Origin: Lama glama
Taxonomy: Eukaryota
Assembly: GCA_028534125.1 (NCBI GenBank)
Contig: CM052816.1
Span: 60,452,001-60,516,000, forward strand
Direction of reading: 5' to 3'
DNA: 64,000 nt
How positions within the stretch are numbered: position 1 is the first letter of the stretch; the number at the start of each line of letters is the position of its first letter. Below the pieces are notes generated by a model. That model was given only the letters and a program-made list of their open reading frames with translations, made no database searches and was not told the origin of the DNA. This document shows, piece by piece, positions 1 to 11,399 of the stretch. The position numbers and the translations under genes were made by a program.

Positions 1-929
1 ATGAAAACACCCAGGTTATTTAGCGCCAGTTTATTTTCTCCCTCACATACTAACCCAGCTTTCATGACATCATCACAAGGATCCTAAGCCAAAGTGAGCT
101 GTCTGGAGCTTGGAGAAGGGGACAGCCCAGGCATTTAATAAATGTAACAAAGGGATATGACGCCTGGAGTCCACTTTCAAATACTTCCACATAAGCAATG
201 AAATCTGATGTACTGAGAATATCCAAATACAGTTAGGAGCCCTGGTCAGAATTTACTCCCCCAGCGTGGTCAACTAGCCTTACGTCAGAGGTATCCAAAT
301 CTCGGTCACACTGGAGGTTTTGCTCACTGGCGTACTGAAATGGGTTTTCAATGCTGAAATCAAAATTAGTGGCCTCCCAGTCAGTATAATGGATGCTAGA
401 AACAGGCTTTCATTGTTGACTCTAGTGGTATTTAAGCAAAGTGAATTGGTAAAAATCATTTTTGAGATATTCTCTGCCCCTGAATGAACAAGGCATAAGA
501 ATTTATGAAGGTCTGTAAGTTAGGCCCTTAAGACTGGCACCCAAGGCGCAAACAAACATTCAGTGGCCTCATGCCCAGTGGCTGGGTCAGAGGTGCCCCC
601 ACTACATAATGCCCACCACAAAAGTGAGAGCAGCCAGCCTCTGGAAAGTAGTCAGGTCATTAACCTTGAGTGGAACTTTCCAAAAAGATTTGGCTGGGGC
701 ACCTACAAAGCCAAAGAGCAGGGACTTCTTTGAGTTTACAGGACAGGCTACAGTTATGCCTTGTGCCTGTTTGCCAGTAAATATCTGTTTAATGAAAGTC
801 TGTGTGCAGCAAGACTGGCCTGCAACTTACGTTAGCTCAAAACCTCAGCCACGTTTCTCTAGACCAGAAGAGTTGCACATGACCAAGTTGGATAAAGATA
901 ATTCTCAATAATGTATCACACATGTAACT

Positions 930-1295
930 CCTATACTGGAGCCCACCCACACCAGCTCAATAAGCTTTCAGGAATTTTATAATCCAGTTGTTAAATACAA
1001 CCCTTATTGCCGATTAAAAAATACCTAAACTTCCAATGAAATATACTGAAAACAAAGGTAAGAGATACTCAAAATTGATTCACTTCCTAATTATTTTGCT
1101 ATACTTTACTAGGATATTTGTCAGTTCTATCTGTACATAATAGAGCTTCACTGGGCATCTCTTCCCGGGTCTGAGGTCACTTTTGCCACACTGGTACTTG
1201 AAACTGGCAGTGGTGGGAGCACTGACACCACAGAAACCAGCAGATGCTACTGATCAGGGTTTTGCTTGTTTCCAAGTCTAGTTGTTCAACACAGG
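930..1295 (+). mobile_element. MER63-like hAT (Blackjack) DNA transposon relic
   Basis: Matches recalled consensus blocks: ttttcaggaatttt..gttgttaaa, aaaacaaaggtaa..atactcaaaa..cacttcctaattatttt, catctcttccc, cttgaaa..ggtgggag..acaccacagaaa..gctac..atcaggg. Confidence 0.75.
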
Positions 1296-1416
1296 AACTC
1301 CCTTGCTACAAGTGATCTTGAATTAACAGAGAAGACTTTGCCACCTCTCAGGCCTTCAAGTATACAAGCATAAGTAATCCCCCACCACCCTATTCTCCGC
1401 AGAGGGACCACACCGC

Positions 1417-1428
1417 CATGCACCATGC
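1417..1428 (-). promoter_or_regulatory. Tandem RBFOX-type splicing elements (GCAUG + UGCAUG) just downstream of the cassette exon donor
   Basis: Minus strand gtgagtgtgtcctgtcGCATGgTGCATGgcgg, 17-28 nt past the 5' splice site. Confidence 0.6.
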
Positions 1429-1444
1429 GACAGGACACACTCAC

Positions 1445-1519
1445 TTTTGAAGCAGCTGGGTCCACTAGTCTCTGGCGATGTCGGGCTGAGTTGAAATGGC
1501 TCTTCGGAGGCTGCCCTTC
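1445..1519 (-). CDS. NTRK2: 75-nt in-frame cassette exon encoding EGQPPKSHFNSARHRQRLVDPAASK; Trk-family kinase activation-loop insert-like exon (host gene inferred to be NTRK2/TrkB)
   Basis: Minus strand reads ...ccccatcttccatcccctgtcag|GAAGGGCAG...GCTTCAAAA|gtgagtgt. Length is 75 nt (25 codons), open in phase 0. It has 10/25 and 11/25 ungapped identities to rat and chicken TrkC 25-aa kinase inserts as recalled from memory. The gene symbol is inferred from paralogy and intron size, not from a flanking exon. Confidence 0.6.
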
Positions 1520-1625
1520 CTGACAGGGGATGGAAGATGGGGATGAACGAGGTGGGAGCAGACAGAGGGGTCATGGGATGATGGGAACATGGTCAGAAAA
1601 GGGAGAGGGACAGTGTTTAACGGCA
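1520..1625 (-). promoter_or_regulatory. Extended polypyrimidine tract / AG-exclusion zone with YCAY (NOVA-type) cluster upstream of the cassette exon
   Basis: No AG on the minus strand from 1522 to 1625; eight YCAY motifs at 1530-1592; candidate distant branch point ttctgac at 1592-1598. Confidence 0.55.
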
Positions 1626-3342
1626 CTGGACTTGTCTGTTTTAGCTAAAATCCAACAATAAAAACACGACACATTTTTTTCCCCACAAAGCACATGCCAC
1701 GTGCAAGTCATTTTGTTAAAAAGAGCCTTGTGTATATGTACATATACATACGCGCATGTGTGATAAACATCTCACGGTATCACATTCCCCTTCAAACCTG
1801 TATTTTTCTCTTACCTGATATTGTCTCTAATTATATTTCAAGGATACTAAGGAAAACTGGAGCATGATTTCCCTGAGTATGAAGTCAATCTTCCTAGAAT
1901 AACAGAAAGTATTAAGGGGCATTCTTAGACTTGCCACCTATTTGGGTATCTCCAAAAAGATATGGAAATCACAGTGTTTCTCAAAACCATGAAAATTCTC
2001 CCGCCTTAGCCTCTCCTCTCTCGGTCATTCTGGCAGAATTCCTGGTGTCGGGCACCCACCAAAAACTCTGCCCCTGAATGTGATTAAATTTTATTGGCTC
2101 AACATTACATTTATAATCTAAATGGTACAAAAGGGTGGGCTTTCTTACACCAGCTGTCGTATACATATAGGACAAATGGATCACATAGAAAGACTGAACA
2201 CCTCTCCATCACTCATTCCATGTCAAACAGACACCAAAAAACCCTAAAGTACTATATTTTAAAGGGAAAGTTTGGAATAGCACCCCCCCCCAAATGGTAC
2301 AGCATTTCACTTCTCCATCTCTCAAAGTTGGGCAAAAGTAAACAAGAATTTAAGAAGCAAGCACTGCCCACTGTCAGCATCAACTTCAGGGTCAGGGAGA
2401 TAAAAGCAACAGAGAGATGGTCTCAGAAAACCCCTGAGTGTAAAGCCCCTGGTCCAAGTGGGCGTCTACACAGGGAGCAAAATATCCCTCAGATGAGCGT
2501 TAGCATTTGCTCACAGAGGAGAGGGAAAAACCTGCTACTTGGGTAAAAATGCGATGTCTGTATTACAATACTTAAGAATTCTTTTCTTTTTTCTCTAAGA
2601 ATAACAGCTCCATTACTTTTAAGACATGGATCAATCACACCCACTTGAATTGCCAACAATCACTGCTTCGGTATCCAAAGTATAACGCTTACCTTTCAAA
2701 AAGGAAATGTCACAAGCAGCAGATTGCAAGTCAGGATTATGTTTTTCCTACTAACTGCCCTGCCAACATGCATACTTTGCCTACCCTCTTCTGAAAAAAA
2801 TGCAAGGAAATAGTTTTAAAGCTCAGTTGACCTAGAAAATGTACCAAAGCTTTCACAGCAAAAATAATGCTCATTAATTCACTGAATATTTGGTGAAACA
2901 AAAACAAACAAAAAACAGAGTAGGACTTTCCATTCAATAGAATCAACAGTTTTTCTATGAGAAATATATATTTTTTAAAGATTTATTTAGCGGTATTTGA
3001 AAAGTAGCCTTTAAATTTAATGGTTTATCAGAAAGTGATTTAAATGCTTTTTTCTCCTTAAAAGAGTTATCAGAGGTAAATAAACAATTATCCTCATTAA
3101 TATATCTGGAGAACTACCTGCCCTTATCAACCTCCCCACGGAATGATTACAACTCATTTAAGAGTTCCAAAGCACAGTGCCAGGCTCCCACTCATCAGGA
3201 AAAAAAAATTAATCTTGGCGTTAAATACACAATTACAGTCAATGTGCAAATTAACTAAATTCTCAGCCTGTGGTTTATTGCTCTTCTTCTGAATCCAAGG
3301 TGAAAATGTTATTTTTTTTAATTAGCTAATTGCACCATGAAC

Positions 3343-3356
3343 TCAGCAGGGGGCAG
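3343..3356 (+). promoter_or_regulatory. CTCF core motif
   Basis: tCAGCAGGGGGCAG matches the CCASYAGRKGGCRS consensus at all but the first base; lies in repeat-free sequence. Confidence 0.4.
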
Positions 3357-5739
3357 ATGTTGATATTAAATCTCAATCTTCAGCTCCCAGTTTGTGAAAG
3401 GCTGGTTTAAAGAGAGCAAGCACATCCTTCAATGGGAATGGAGGGGGCAGGTGGGTTTTTAAAACCTAATCTCCATTTTGTCCCATTTATTACCAAGTAC
3501 AATGACTCTAACAACAGTCTGCTTCAGATGAACAAACAGGTCTGTGAGATAGTCAATATATTTACACAGATTCCAGTAATACATCTTAATAGAAACCAAA
3601 GAACAGCCGGAGGAGGAGGATGAATGTCATTTTAATGAATTGCATATGAAGAAGAAATAAAGGAATTCTGAACAGCTCACAGCAAGTTTTTTGCCATATG
3701 ATTCATGACTTAAACAGATCTTAATTTTCAAAAACAGTCACATTGTATCCTACTGTTGAAAAAAACAGTTGGTAATGGTCTGTGGCTTGCTATTCTAGAC
3801 TTACTGAGGCTTTGTAGAAAGGTGTACTTAACTAGATACTAATTAGGAACTTTTGAGAATTTAAGTCATTAGAAACTGGACATGTCCCCTTCTTCACATC
3901 AGGAAGACCTTAATTTAAAAGCTTTCCTCTTTTATTGCCGGCTGATTCCCTCACACTGCCAGGGAAGGTGCACATAGTGCATTTCTGAGCAGAGTCGGCT
4001 CTATCAGTTCAATTGTGAAATATTTTACATTCTTGAAAAAGCAAAACAGGGCTCTCATAATTGGCATTGCAGGAAACCAATATCCTTTCCATGTTCAAGA
4101 AAAACACTAAATTCTACCACTCGGGCCAACATTAAAGACAAAATTTGTGACTTCATTTTTTTTCCCCCAAATTTTTAGTCCCAAGAATTCATTTCTTCTC
4201 CTAAACAACAGCCTTCAGCAGCTGGTATATGTCTTTCCAGACTGAGACATCAGTCTCCTGGTACCATTTACCTCCAGGCTAATGCCACCAACATCAGCAC
4301 AATAACAGACTGGACCTAGGTGGGCCCCACATGGCTCTCAACTGAATGGCTTATTTACATATGTAAATAGGGCTTCTTCACTGCAAGGGGAGGGGAGGAG
4401 GGCTGGATTCCTCACCTTTAGTTTTGTGCAAACAGAAGCACATTACATTGCTTAGGTCAACTTACCAGAAACATTTTGTTGTGATAACCACCACTAATAA
4501 AAGTAGCAGCCCTCGGTTATGTAAATAACTATTGAAAGATGACAAAAGAAGTGTTGACATGTGCATAATCTGGAAACTTAATGAGACATATTTCATCTCC
4601 ATGCTAAGTGCTTTCATCAAGTCTTCTTTTGTTAAGTAAGTCATTTTAGAAGTTATAAACATCCCTTAACACCGCAGATCATACTTTTTAAAAAAATTAT
4701 TGTTCCCTAAACATTACAGATCTGATAGCGTAGTACTTTAGCCTAATTTGCATTTCATAAACATATTGACAAGGATGCTCTATGGAAAACAGTATATCAG
4801 GTGTGAAATAATGGGTGCCCAATGAATTTTGTGGCTGACATCAGATTATTTAAATATCTAACTCTTTAAATCATGTTTAAGTTACTCTATTTCAAAATTA
4901 GAGCCACAAGGAAAATTTAAAACTAATGCTTGGCATTATTCCCATTATTTTTGGAAAAAAAACCCCAAAAACTACCACTAGATATTTCCAGCCTAGATAT
5001 TTTAATATAAGGGAGAAAAAAAATAGAAAATCACATAATTGTCTCAAGGGCTCCAGAAGGACTTCTTAAAAGTCCATTCAAAACAGGTGTAATTCTAAGA
5101 AGCACATGCATTCTCAGGTAAGAATAAACTTTTTCTCCCAACTCTGAGACATCCCTTCGTATTTGTTAAATATAGTCCTCCCACAACTGAAGCTCTCATT
5201 CAACACTATAATTAAGTATATACAACAAAGCTATTGCAAACAGGCTCTGATAAAGGAACCCCTGCACATCAATAAGGCAATCTAGGACCATGTGAAGTCA
5301 AAAAACTCCATGAAAATAAATCGACTGGAAGAATTCACAAGCTGGGGAGATTTAGCCATTACCAGGTGTATCAAAAAAGGGATCAGAAACCCAAATGAAT
5401 GGGGAAGAAATGTACCATTTAGAAGCTAAACACATATCCAACCATGGCATCATAGGATTCTAAAGCCTGTGGAACTAATCCTACAGTAATTTATGAAAAC
5501 CTCCATAATTCATAACCTTGTAAAGATGAAAGTACATCATTTTTTCTTGTCTCCTTTCAAATCCAGGTTTTTCAACTTGGCTCAAGAGAAGAGTCACCAA
5601 AATGGGGCAGGAGAAGGGACACTCCCACCTGTGAAAGCAAACGCTGCGACAGCGGTCTTCTAACTTCTCACTGTGATGCTCAGTGAGAAGCATGTTTTAC
5701 ATCATGAAACAACACTAGCCAGCACTACAGGCAACGCAC

Positions 5740-5970
5740 CCTATCCCAGCTGGGTCTCTTAACATCATCTTTCCTCTGCCAGTCTCCTTCTGAGTCCAAA
5801 TGTCCCCTTATTTAAAAGGACATCAGTTTTACTGGATTAGGCGCCACCGTAAAAACTTCCTTTCAGTTTGATTACCTCTGGAAGACCTCGCCTCAATAAG
5901 CACGCGTGCCACAGCAGAGGGGCCAGGAGGCCAGCACGCTTGCGGGGAGACACAGTTTAACTGATAACAG
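5740..5970 (-). mobile_element. MaLR LTR fragment (MLT1A/B/C-like, 5' part)
   Basis: ccaaatgtccccttatttaaaaggacatcagttttactggattagg..attacctctg..aagacc..ggggagacacagtttaac..ataaca, typical of a reversed MLT1 5' end. Confidence 0.65.
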
Positions 5971-6049
5971 CCTCAAGTCGCCCAGACTCTAGTGCTGGGC
6001 TCACATCCCTATTCCACTACTTTTGTCCTTCCAGCAGCAGACAAAGCCA

Positions 6050-6535
6050 CCCTAATAGCGTCACTTCTCCAAACTCTCTAGTCCCCTTCCCTTCCACTCC
6101 CCTGAAGTCCTTCCAGGTCCAGCAAAGCCTCAGGCAACCCAGCCCTGCTCCTTTTCTGAGTTCGGACTGCTCCCCCGACTCACTCCAGCCATGCTGGTCT
6201 TCCCGCTGTTCCTGGAGCCCTTCAAGGACTCTCCCAACTCAGAGTCCCTGAGGTTCCCTTCACTAGAAAGAACTCCTTTTTAGTATTTTTGCAAAGTATG
6301 CCTATTCACTCCATTCAGGAAACCTCACGGGTCCCCTCCCCTAAGAGGAACCCCCATCACGCCCTTTCCCCTTTGTCCTCCTTTACTTCCCAAGTTACTA
6401 CTGCCTGACATTACATTGTAGGTGCGTGTGTTTGTCTTTTTTTAAAACTAAGCTCCACAAGGCCAGGAGCTTTGTCTAAGTTGTTCTGGTACTTGATGGA
6501 TGCTGGGTAAATAGTTAACAAACCAATAAATGAAG
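6050..6535 (+). mobile_element. L2 LINE 3' end
   Basis: cactccagccatgctggtcttcccgctgttcctgga..ctaagctccacaaggccaggagctttgtct..aataaatgaa tail. Confidence 0.65.
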
Positions 6536-6577
6536 CAAATGTATTTATATATGATGCCCCAGCTCATCCACACCCCA

Positions 6578-6925
6578 TGTTTCGGTCAGGGTTCCTGCAG
6601 GAATCAGAGAGTACCCTCAGATTGGGTGGTTTGAGAAAACTTTGATAAAGGAATTACTTAGGAGTAGGGCTCCTTCACCACCCTTAGGCCAGAAGGGACA
6701 AAAGGGAGGGAGCTGCTTCCAGAACCCAAAACAGAGCTGGGTGTGCAGAGTCGATGTCAAAAGATCACACAGCCAGCCTGGGCCGGTGCCCCGGGTGGAG
6801 CCAGAGAACAATGGCTTCCATCACCTTCTCCAGTCTCTCTCCTCCCCCGCCTCAGATCACCTGCTCCCCACTGGGCCACACCCAACCAGACACCCAGAAG
6901 CTAGGGATGCAGGTCCCAGTGGAGG
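6578..6925 (-). mobile_element. ERVL solo LTR, LTR33-like
   Basis: Starts tgtttcggtcagggttcctgcaggaatcagagagtaccctcagattgggtggtttgagaaaactttgataaagg, the reverse of the LTR33 3' end; same family as 31697-32157. Confidence 0.6.
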
Positions 6926-7060
6926 AAAGAGAGGGAGAGAGGATGAGAGAAAGGAGGAGGGAGGGTGGGGAGGAAGAGAGAGAGGGGAAAAGAGAGGAAG
7001 AGAAGTGGGGAGAGGAGGGAGGGGTGGGTGGGTGGGGAAGGAGGGCGTGAAGGAAAGGTG
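6920..7060 (+). repeat. GA-rich low-complexity polypurine tract containing GGGGTGGGTGGGTGGGG
   Basis: Almost pure G/A tract, directly visible. Confidence 0.85.
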
Positions 7061-9084
7061 CAAAGTGATTTGGAGGTCAAAGGAATGATAAAAGGTACCC
7101 ACTCCATCACTGAGCAAAAGTTAACAGCAGCAACCATACAGGCTGCTTCCCTTTTTGCTCCGTCTCCTCGCCCAGTCTGAGTTTCTTCAACAGCATGTGC
7201 CGTTCCACCTTCAGAATGGCCCTGGCTGCACTGAATCCGGGATGTGCATCAGCACTGAAGCTCTGTGAACACACCTATGTGTTCAAGGGGAAGAGAGGCA
7301 AACAGTCTGAGCAGAGAAGCCACGTACTACTTTTCCTCCCTGGCTCTCGCTTCCCAGAAATGCTGAAAGGGTGAACTAGATATTATCTGTGAAGTGCTGC
7401 GTATCTAATGACGGGGCTTTTTCTTTTGTCAGGGTTTCACATTAATGTCATTTTGGTAGGTCTGCAGTCTCAAGTCAAAAGAAAACCCTGGGATTGGATT
7501 CTTGATGAAATTCTTACTTTGAATTCAAATTTACTTCCCAACCCTGGCACACTCCAATTTGCCTTTTAAAGTTATTCAACACTGGGAAAGTAGAAAAGCT
7601 AGTCTGCATCTAATCTGTTAGCTGGGGCACTCCCTGGGGCGCAGTGGGAGAAAGCCTGGGGGCCAGTCCCCTCCCTGCCGGCACTGGGTGAGGGAAGCCA
7701 GTCGCAGGCCCTCGGCTTCCTGGACCTCAGCATCCACATCTGTAACTACACATGATCCACCTGATGGTTGGAATTCCACGACATTCCAAGGTCCTCTCCA
7801 AAGGTTAGCTCCACATTATAAAGATCAGAAATATCCACGATACCCTGTTTTAAAAATGAGTGAAGTCAATTACTGGGATCATGCCATAGTTCAGATTTCT
7901 TGTAGGCTTTATACTGTCTGAACTTCAGGAGTCACAGTACTGACTTGCTATTTAGAAAATGTTTACATTTACTGCTGTTCATAGAAAAATGTTTGGGTCT
8001 TAGACTATATTATACCCATCAGTCAATGATGCTTTGTTAGAGCATTTCAGAACCTTACATATTGATTCAAATTAATGAATTTTGTGTCAAAGACCAGTTA
8101 ACATATTTTACCAGAGACAATAAGTTTATGGATGTAATTACTGACTTGAGCTCCAAAAACACAGCACAATTATATGGCAGCACATATGTCAACCCATTTA
8201 AGTCACTTCAATTTAGAAAAAAATTTAATGATATCACATGCCACACTTTTTTTTTTAATGAGAAATATTACAAGATACCTAAATTAAGAGAACCAATTTT
8301 CCACAGGGAAATCTGGGGGGGAAATTTAAAGGTAAACCAATTTTCTGAAGGCAAAATAAAATTTTCAACGTAGCTCTGAGTTGTACCCAAAGCAAATTAT
8401 TGCTGGCAAGTAATATGGCTCTGATAATTAGACTTGATTGGGGTTTAAATTAAGCAGGGGGATGCACTCGACTTCTCAGAGCTGTTTTGATTTGTTTCAT
8501 CTGTTTGAGCAGCCGTGGGGAGACCAGTCAGGGGCCCAGGAAGGGGGAAGCAGCCTGGCTCTGCAGATGTGGGCAGGCTGCTGTCTAAGTGACCTCTCTC
8601 TCATCTTGTAGCTGCTTATCACACAGATTCACATGTGGAGCAGAGTAAGGGCCTACACATACAGCCATTCCTAACTACAACACCAAACACCTGATATAAC
8701 ACTGCCACCCTGTCATACAATGACAACATGAAGGGTTTTTTTTGTTTGTTTTTACCCTAAGAGTGAGTAATTGCCATAAATTCTTGGGTGGGGTATATGG
8801 ATGAAAGGTTGTCTTTTCACTTCCTCTCATTAATAAGGCCTTGGATGCTTAGAGAGCATGAACTTTTTTTTTTTTTCAAGGTACAAGAAAAAGGGACCCT
8901 CCTGTTTAGGTCACACGGCTATAATTCCATTCTCTGCTCTTTAACCAAAGCCCGCTTTATTTGGAGAACATTAAAAAATGCATTCTGATTTTTCCTAGTG
9001 GTTCCACTTGCTAGGCTTTGCCCCATGGGATACACACAGCACGTGTGGAAGGCACTTGATCATGGTGGAAATGGTCCCCAAGAC

Positions 9085-9212
9085 CCACAGATGTCTGCAT
9101 CTGTGAAATGGGGTAACAGCTGCCTCCACAGGGTTGTGAGGTCAAATAATGCATATATCATATTCAGCCCATGTGTGGAATGGGAAAACACGTAATAAAT
9201 GTTGGTTATTAA
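9085..9212 (+). mobile_element. MIR SINE (core and 3' part)
   Basis: catctgtgaaatggggtaac..cacagggttgtgaggtcaaataatg..aataaatgttggttatt. Confidence 0.7.
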
Positions 9213-10224
9213 TGGTACCAAGATGGCTTTGGGAACTACTTATTTATAGTACCTCTAACATTGACCCCCTTCACTTCTAGTTTAAACTCTACGTAATTGA
9301 TTTTGTGAGGGGTTTGTGGTGCATTTTCTACACTGGCGAATGTACACAGCAATAGAGCCTAGACCTGGGATTCTAGGCTTTGTGGGGATCACCAATGATT
9401 CAAATTCCCCATCTGCTCATAAATCACATGCAGCAAAAGCTTCCAATGGGTACCTCCAGTTACTCAATTACAAGGCAAATCCTCGGCTAACCTCTTAGAA
9501 AATAACTGAGCAGTGACTACAGACTGGAAGCAGATGGCTTCATCTCCTGCCTCTGAGTAGACCCAAGCACTGCTTCTCGTCCCCCTACCCCCAGTCGTGT
9601 ATCCTGACTGCATTATAGAAGAGCTGTCCATCCACGGTGACACGGTGACTTTCCCATGCTGTCAGTGCACTTCCACTCTGATTGTCCCAGGCGCCCAGGG
9701 GAATGCAAAATAGGAAGGAAACACACTCAACAATCAATGAACAAAGTTTTTTTTTTTTTTTTAAGTTAGAGGATGGGAAGTGGTGGGAGGAAAGTGCTGA
9801 AGCGCGGGGAATAGAATGAGGGCAGATGACAGAAAGACAGAAGCAGGGGAAGTGTTTGGGAAGAAAAACAAGAAAGGCTGCTGACGAAAAACTACTCCAG
9901 CAAAAAAAAAGGAAACGGTGTTCCTTGCCAAGAAAAATGTGCTAATCTTATGCAGCTGAAACAGATATTTAAAGAAACATTGTAAGACTTTTGTCTTTAA
10001 CTCCTTAATACTTAATCTGGAAGGAATACCTAGTCCTGAAGCACTCCAAGACAAACACGGGTATTTCACGACTCTGAGCTACACCTCTCTAAATGTGAAC
10101 CTCTCTTCTTGTGCAATAGTAAAGACCAGGGTAGCGTATTTTACTGTCTCAATCAAACTTTAAGTTCTTTAGAGGAGACTAAACATTCTTGTGAATATGA
10201 GTTTTTAAATAGTTATCAGTTATA

Positions 10225-10455
10225 TATACACCACTTACTGTGACCAAGCTCTTACTGTGTCTTACATGCATTAACTACTTTAATCATCCTAATGGCTTTA
10301 TGAAACGGGCACTTTTACTCTCCCCATTTTACAGATGAGAAAATAAAGGTATACAGAGGTTTAAAATGTGGCTGATACCACAGAGCAGGTAAGAAGTGGA
10401 ATTGGGATTCAAATCTAGGCAGATTAACCACAGAGTTCCTGCCTTCAACCACTGC
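10225..10455 (-). mobile_element. MIR SINE
   Basis: ccccattttacagatgagaaaataaagg..agaggttt..gggattcaaatctaggcag. Confidence 0.8.
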
Positions 10456-11399
10456 CCCAAAGAACTCTCACTGGTCGTAATTGATCAGTAATGTAATATA
10501 TTCAATCATTTGTTTAAGGTAGCACTGATTTATCCATTTGGCTTTTTAAGTTCAGTGACTTCAAGTACTCTGAGATGTTTTGTAAAGGACATGCAAATAC
10601 ATACTAAAACCAAAACCTTACTGTTCCATTAAAAGCACAATTCTAAGAGAGCCATAAACCAGTGACTTACAGTCTTAGTCATGTCCTGGCTTCCAGGAGA
10701 AAGAGCCCTCATGCAGCACAGCCCTCTTCCTGCCGCCGCTGCTGCCACTCACTCTGAGGAGTGTGAGGTGCTCAAGGGCTGTGTGGTGCCCATTAGACGT
10801 CCTTCTACATGTCCTTAAATCACTCATTTCATGCGACACTGCACTCAGTGACCAGCTTTCACCTGGCTTCCTCAAAACTGGCGGCTGCATTTAATTCATT
10901 CTTTAGTATCACTGCTTTCCAAATATCTTTGAATCTGATAAAAATAGTTAGTAAGATAAAGATACCCCTTGGAAAACTGTTATACAGTCTAAAGATGCCA
11001 ATGCATTTAATAGTTAGCTAAGAGAGAGCTCTCCAATGTGGTCATATTGTTGGTGGAGGAGGAGGGTGTATGGGCAAGGCATGGGCTTTGGGAGACTGGG
11101 GAGGGAAGTAAGGGCAAGAGAGTTGAGGTTGGAGAGAGAACCAAAAATCAATGAAGCTGCTAACCTATATCTTAAATAAAGATATTATACCAATATCAAT
11201 TCCATGATTCTGGTGCTTAAATATAGCACAGTTTTAAGGACTACCAAAATACCAACAAGGAGAAATGTAATTGCCAATATAGAGGGCAGAATAAGAAATT
11301 TTAATGTTTCATATCTAACAGGGTTTACAGAAGGACAGATCAGAGATGATGAGAAAGAAGAATGTAAGTCTCCAGCTGCACAGAAACAAGGTAAGAATT

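Noticed and set aside
425..480. aaaaatcattt match to the reverse complement of the TrkC 14-aa insert exon as recalled
   Set aside because: Only an 11-nt AT-rich match, with no splice donor at the expected position.
1356..1574. 72-aa ORF MTPLSAPTSF... overlapping the cassette exon
   Set aside because: It starts within the polypyrimidine tract and runs through the donor site. Only the 75-nt spliced part is credible, and the Trk-insert similarity is in a different frame.
1815..1894. Minus-strand pseudo-exon (ttattctag|...cag|gtaaga)
   Set aside because: AT-rich, no coding signal and no independent support.
6617..7180. Cluster of overlapping ORFs on both strands
   Set aside because: Artefact of a stop-poor GA-rich tract and an LTR.
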